Shown here in pieces: positions 62,237 through 64,000 of a stretch of 64,000 nt of DNA. Each line of letters starts with the position of its first letter. Position 1 is the first letter of the stretch. A model generated the notes under the pieces. The model made no database searches and was not told the origin of the DNA. It saw only the letters and a list, made by a program, of their open reading frames with translations. This stretch comes from Azolla caroliniana (Eukaryota > Plantae > Polypodiophyta), in assembly GCA_043228905.1 (NCBI GenBank), contig JBHGNT010000012.1, positions 1,054,001 through 1,118,000 of the forward strand, in the 5' to 3' direction. A program made the translations under genes and the position numbers.

Positions 62237-64000
62237 CTACACTACGACACTCGCCCCCTCCAAACCCGCACATCCTCCGGTATGTGCCGAAGTTCTTGAT
62301 TCTTCGTATCCGTCTTCATCCGAAGCTTCCTCCGATTCTCCCCTTATGTCGACTATGAGTTGTAATCCACTTTCTTCGCTTCCCGCATCATTGTGGTCTT
62401 CGTCCGATTGCTCCTCGTTGTCGGCCTCGACTTGGATCACATAAGGTTTGTCGTCGGTCCGCTTCTTGAAAATCTTCACCCGCTTCCCGGCTATAGGCAC
62501 TCGTAGTATTGTTCCATCCAACTCGGACAGTCGGTACGTCCCGTTGTCGAAGACCTTCCGAACCTCGTACGGCCCGAACCACCTTTTCGCGAATTTCCGC
62601 ATCGTTGTATGTTGATGGTCCAAGCTACTATCATAGACGATCACCCAATCTCCTTCTTCAATCCTCCTCGGTCGTAGTCGGTGCTTTGTGTCGAACCGGC
62701 TTTTGTTCCGGAACCGTGCTTCTTGTTGTCGACGTGACGCTTCCGCTACATCTTTCGGTCTTCCCTCCAGTTGTCGTATCCGGACCGCTAGTAGTTCTTC
62801 CCGGCTCATCTCCTCCTTCCACGGTAGTATTGTCCATGTCGCGATTGCGGTTTCCGTTGGCATTACCGGTGCTTGTCCGGTCATGAGTTCTGCCGACATG
62901 TAACCGGTCACGGAGCTATGCGTCGTCCGATCCGCCCATAGTGCATACGGAAGCATTTGTGGCCAATCCTTCACCCTTCCGTCGCATGCCTTCGCAAGTG
63001 CTTTCACGATCGGACTATGTCCTCGTTCGATCTTCCCGTTGGCCTTCGGATTGTAGGCCGTTGTCAACGTTAACCGAACTCCATGTTTGGCGAAGAATCC
63101 CCTAGCTTTGTCCGAGTCGAGTTCTCCCCGGTCCGCAATCACTTGTCCTACGCAGCCGTACCTACAAAACACTTCTTCCAAAAGAAATTGGCACACCGCG
63201 GCACACGTTTTCCTCCGAAGCGCTCGACCTTCAACTTGGTTTGTGAGATCTTCTCGAGCTAACACCAAGTATTTCTTTTGTCCAATCCCGGTCGGCATAG
63301 CTACAATGTCGACCATCCACTTGAAGTTGATTGTCGGTGAGAATGTCGGATGCAGCTCATCTCGGTGTCGGACCCCGGAGTAGACTTGACATTTCTCGCA
63401 GCTTTCTGTGAACTCCGCGACATCTTTATACATGTTCTTCCACCAATATCTTTGCTTGATTTTCACAAAAGTTGCCCATGTTCCTCGATGTCCAGCCCAA
63501 TCGGATTCGTGGAACTCGGACATTATCCGGTTTCGTTGCTCTTTCGTCCCGACTACTCGAAGTGGTATCCCATCCGGTCTTTTCGGCGTCCTCCATATTA
63601 AACCGTTTTCCAAGAAGAACTTTTGGACTTGCCTCTTCTTCCTTCGGATCTCGGCTCTCCTTTCTTTATCATTGGTTGAATCCTCGACCTCTTGTAGCAT
63701 CTTCCCGATCATCAAGGTTTCCCCCTCGTATTCTTCTTCCCGGAATTCTCGGATCACGTTCACTCGGCATATGTGTTCTGACGTGAAGTAGTCTTCGGAA
63801 ACTTCTTCATTATCTGATTCGGTTATGTCGTCTTCAAACTGCGCCCTCGATAACATGTCCGCTACCGCGTTGTCCTTCCCCGAGATGTGTCGAACCTCCG
63901 GATTAAGTGACTTGACATATGCAATCCACCTTAGCATAGCCACATCCGGTATCGTACAACACCGCATCATCCCGAGTATCGGAAGACAATCCGTCTCGAT
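62237..64000 (-). CDS. Gypsy pol C-terminus: end of RNase H plus integrase (HHCC, DDE core, GPY/F), no chromodomain
   Basis: LRWIAY..HISGKDNAVADMLSR; HESDWAGHRG..CEKC; WMVD..IADRGE..NGKIERGH; WFGPYEV; open frame with the stop 12 nt inside the LTR. Confidence 0.92.
   Translation of the reverse strand: METDCLPILGMMRCCTIPDVAMLRWIAYVKSLNPEVRHISGKDNAVADMLSRAQFEDDITESDNEEVSEDYFTSEHICRVNVIREFREEEYEGETLMIGKMLQEVEDSTNDKERRAEIRRKKRQVQKFFLENGLIWRTPKRPDGIPLRVVGTKEQRNRIMSEFHESDWAGHRGTWATFVKIKQRYWWKNMYKDVAEFTESCEKCQVYSGVRHRDELHPTFSPTINFKWMVDIVAMPTGIGQKKYLVLAREDLTNQVEGRALRRKTCAAVCQFLLEEVFCRYGCVGQVIADRGELDSDKARGFFAKHGVRLTLTTAYNPKANGKIERGHSPIVKALAKACDGRVKDWPQMLPYALWADRTTHSSVTGYMSAELMTGQAPVMPTETAIATWTILPWKEEMSREELLAVRIRQLEGRPKDVAEASRRQQEARFRNKSRFDTKHRLRPRRIEEGDWVIVYDSSLDHQHTTMRKFAKRWFGPYEVRKVFDNGTYRLSELDGTILRVPIAGKRVKIFKKRTDDKPYVIQVEADNEEQSDEDHNDAGSEESGLQLIVDIRGESEEASDEDGYEESRTSAHTGGCAGLEGASVVV

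Larger units (their letters stand above)
61460..64000 (-). mobile_element. Ty3/gypsy LTR retrotransposon (3' part) nested in the copia RT
   Basis: 3' LTR 61460-62249 (TGTCGTG...TACGACA on +); PPT GGAGGGGGCGAG directly adjacent; pol ORF continues off-window. Confidence 0.92.

Overview
AT-rich, intron-containing eukaryotic DNA from a land plant; the retroelement types suggest a fern or other non-seed plant (inference). There are three spliced host genes, each reconstructed exon by exon in frame: the 3' part of a taspase-1/threonine aspartase (+), a FYVE-less FAB1/PIKfyve-type PI3P 5-kinase (-) inflated by internal tandem repeats, and a RING-PHD-SRI-like At4g10930/PHRF1-type gene (-). The rest is nested mobile DNA: a young Ty1/copia in a taspase intron, decayed copia, LINE and gypsy remnants, solo LTRs, and a copia/gypsy nest at the right end. 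The most unusual region is about 46.9-54.6 kb. There a decayed DUF7869/Sola-like DDD transposase (-) sits head-to-head with a decayed, intron-split, bacterial-type beta-class N4C/N6A DNA methyltransferase gene (+), suggesting a methyltransferase-carrying DNA transposon. Separately, two divergent gypsy-type LTRs each carry an antisense tRNA-like A-box/B-box module with identical spacing. Coordinates and family assignments were read by eye; no searches were run.
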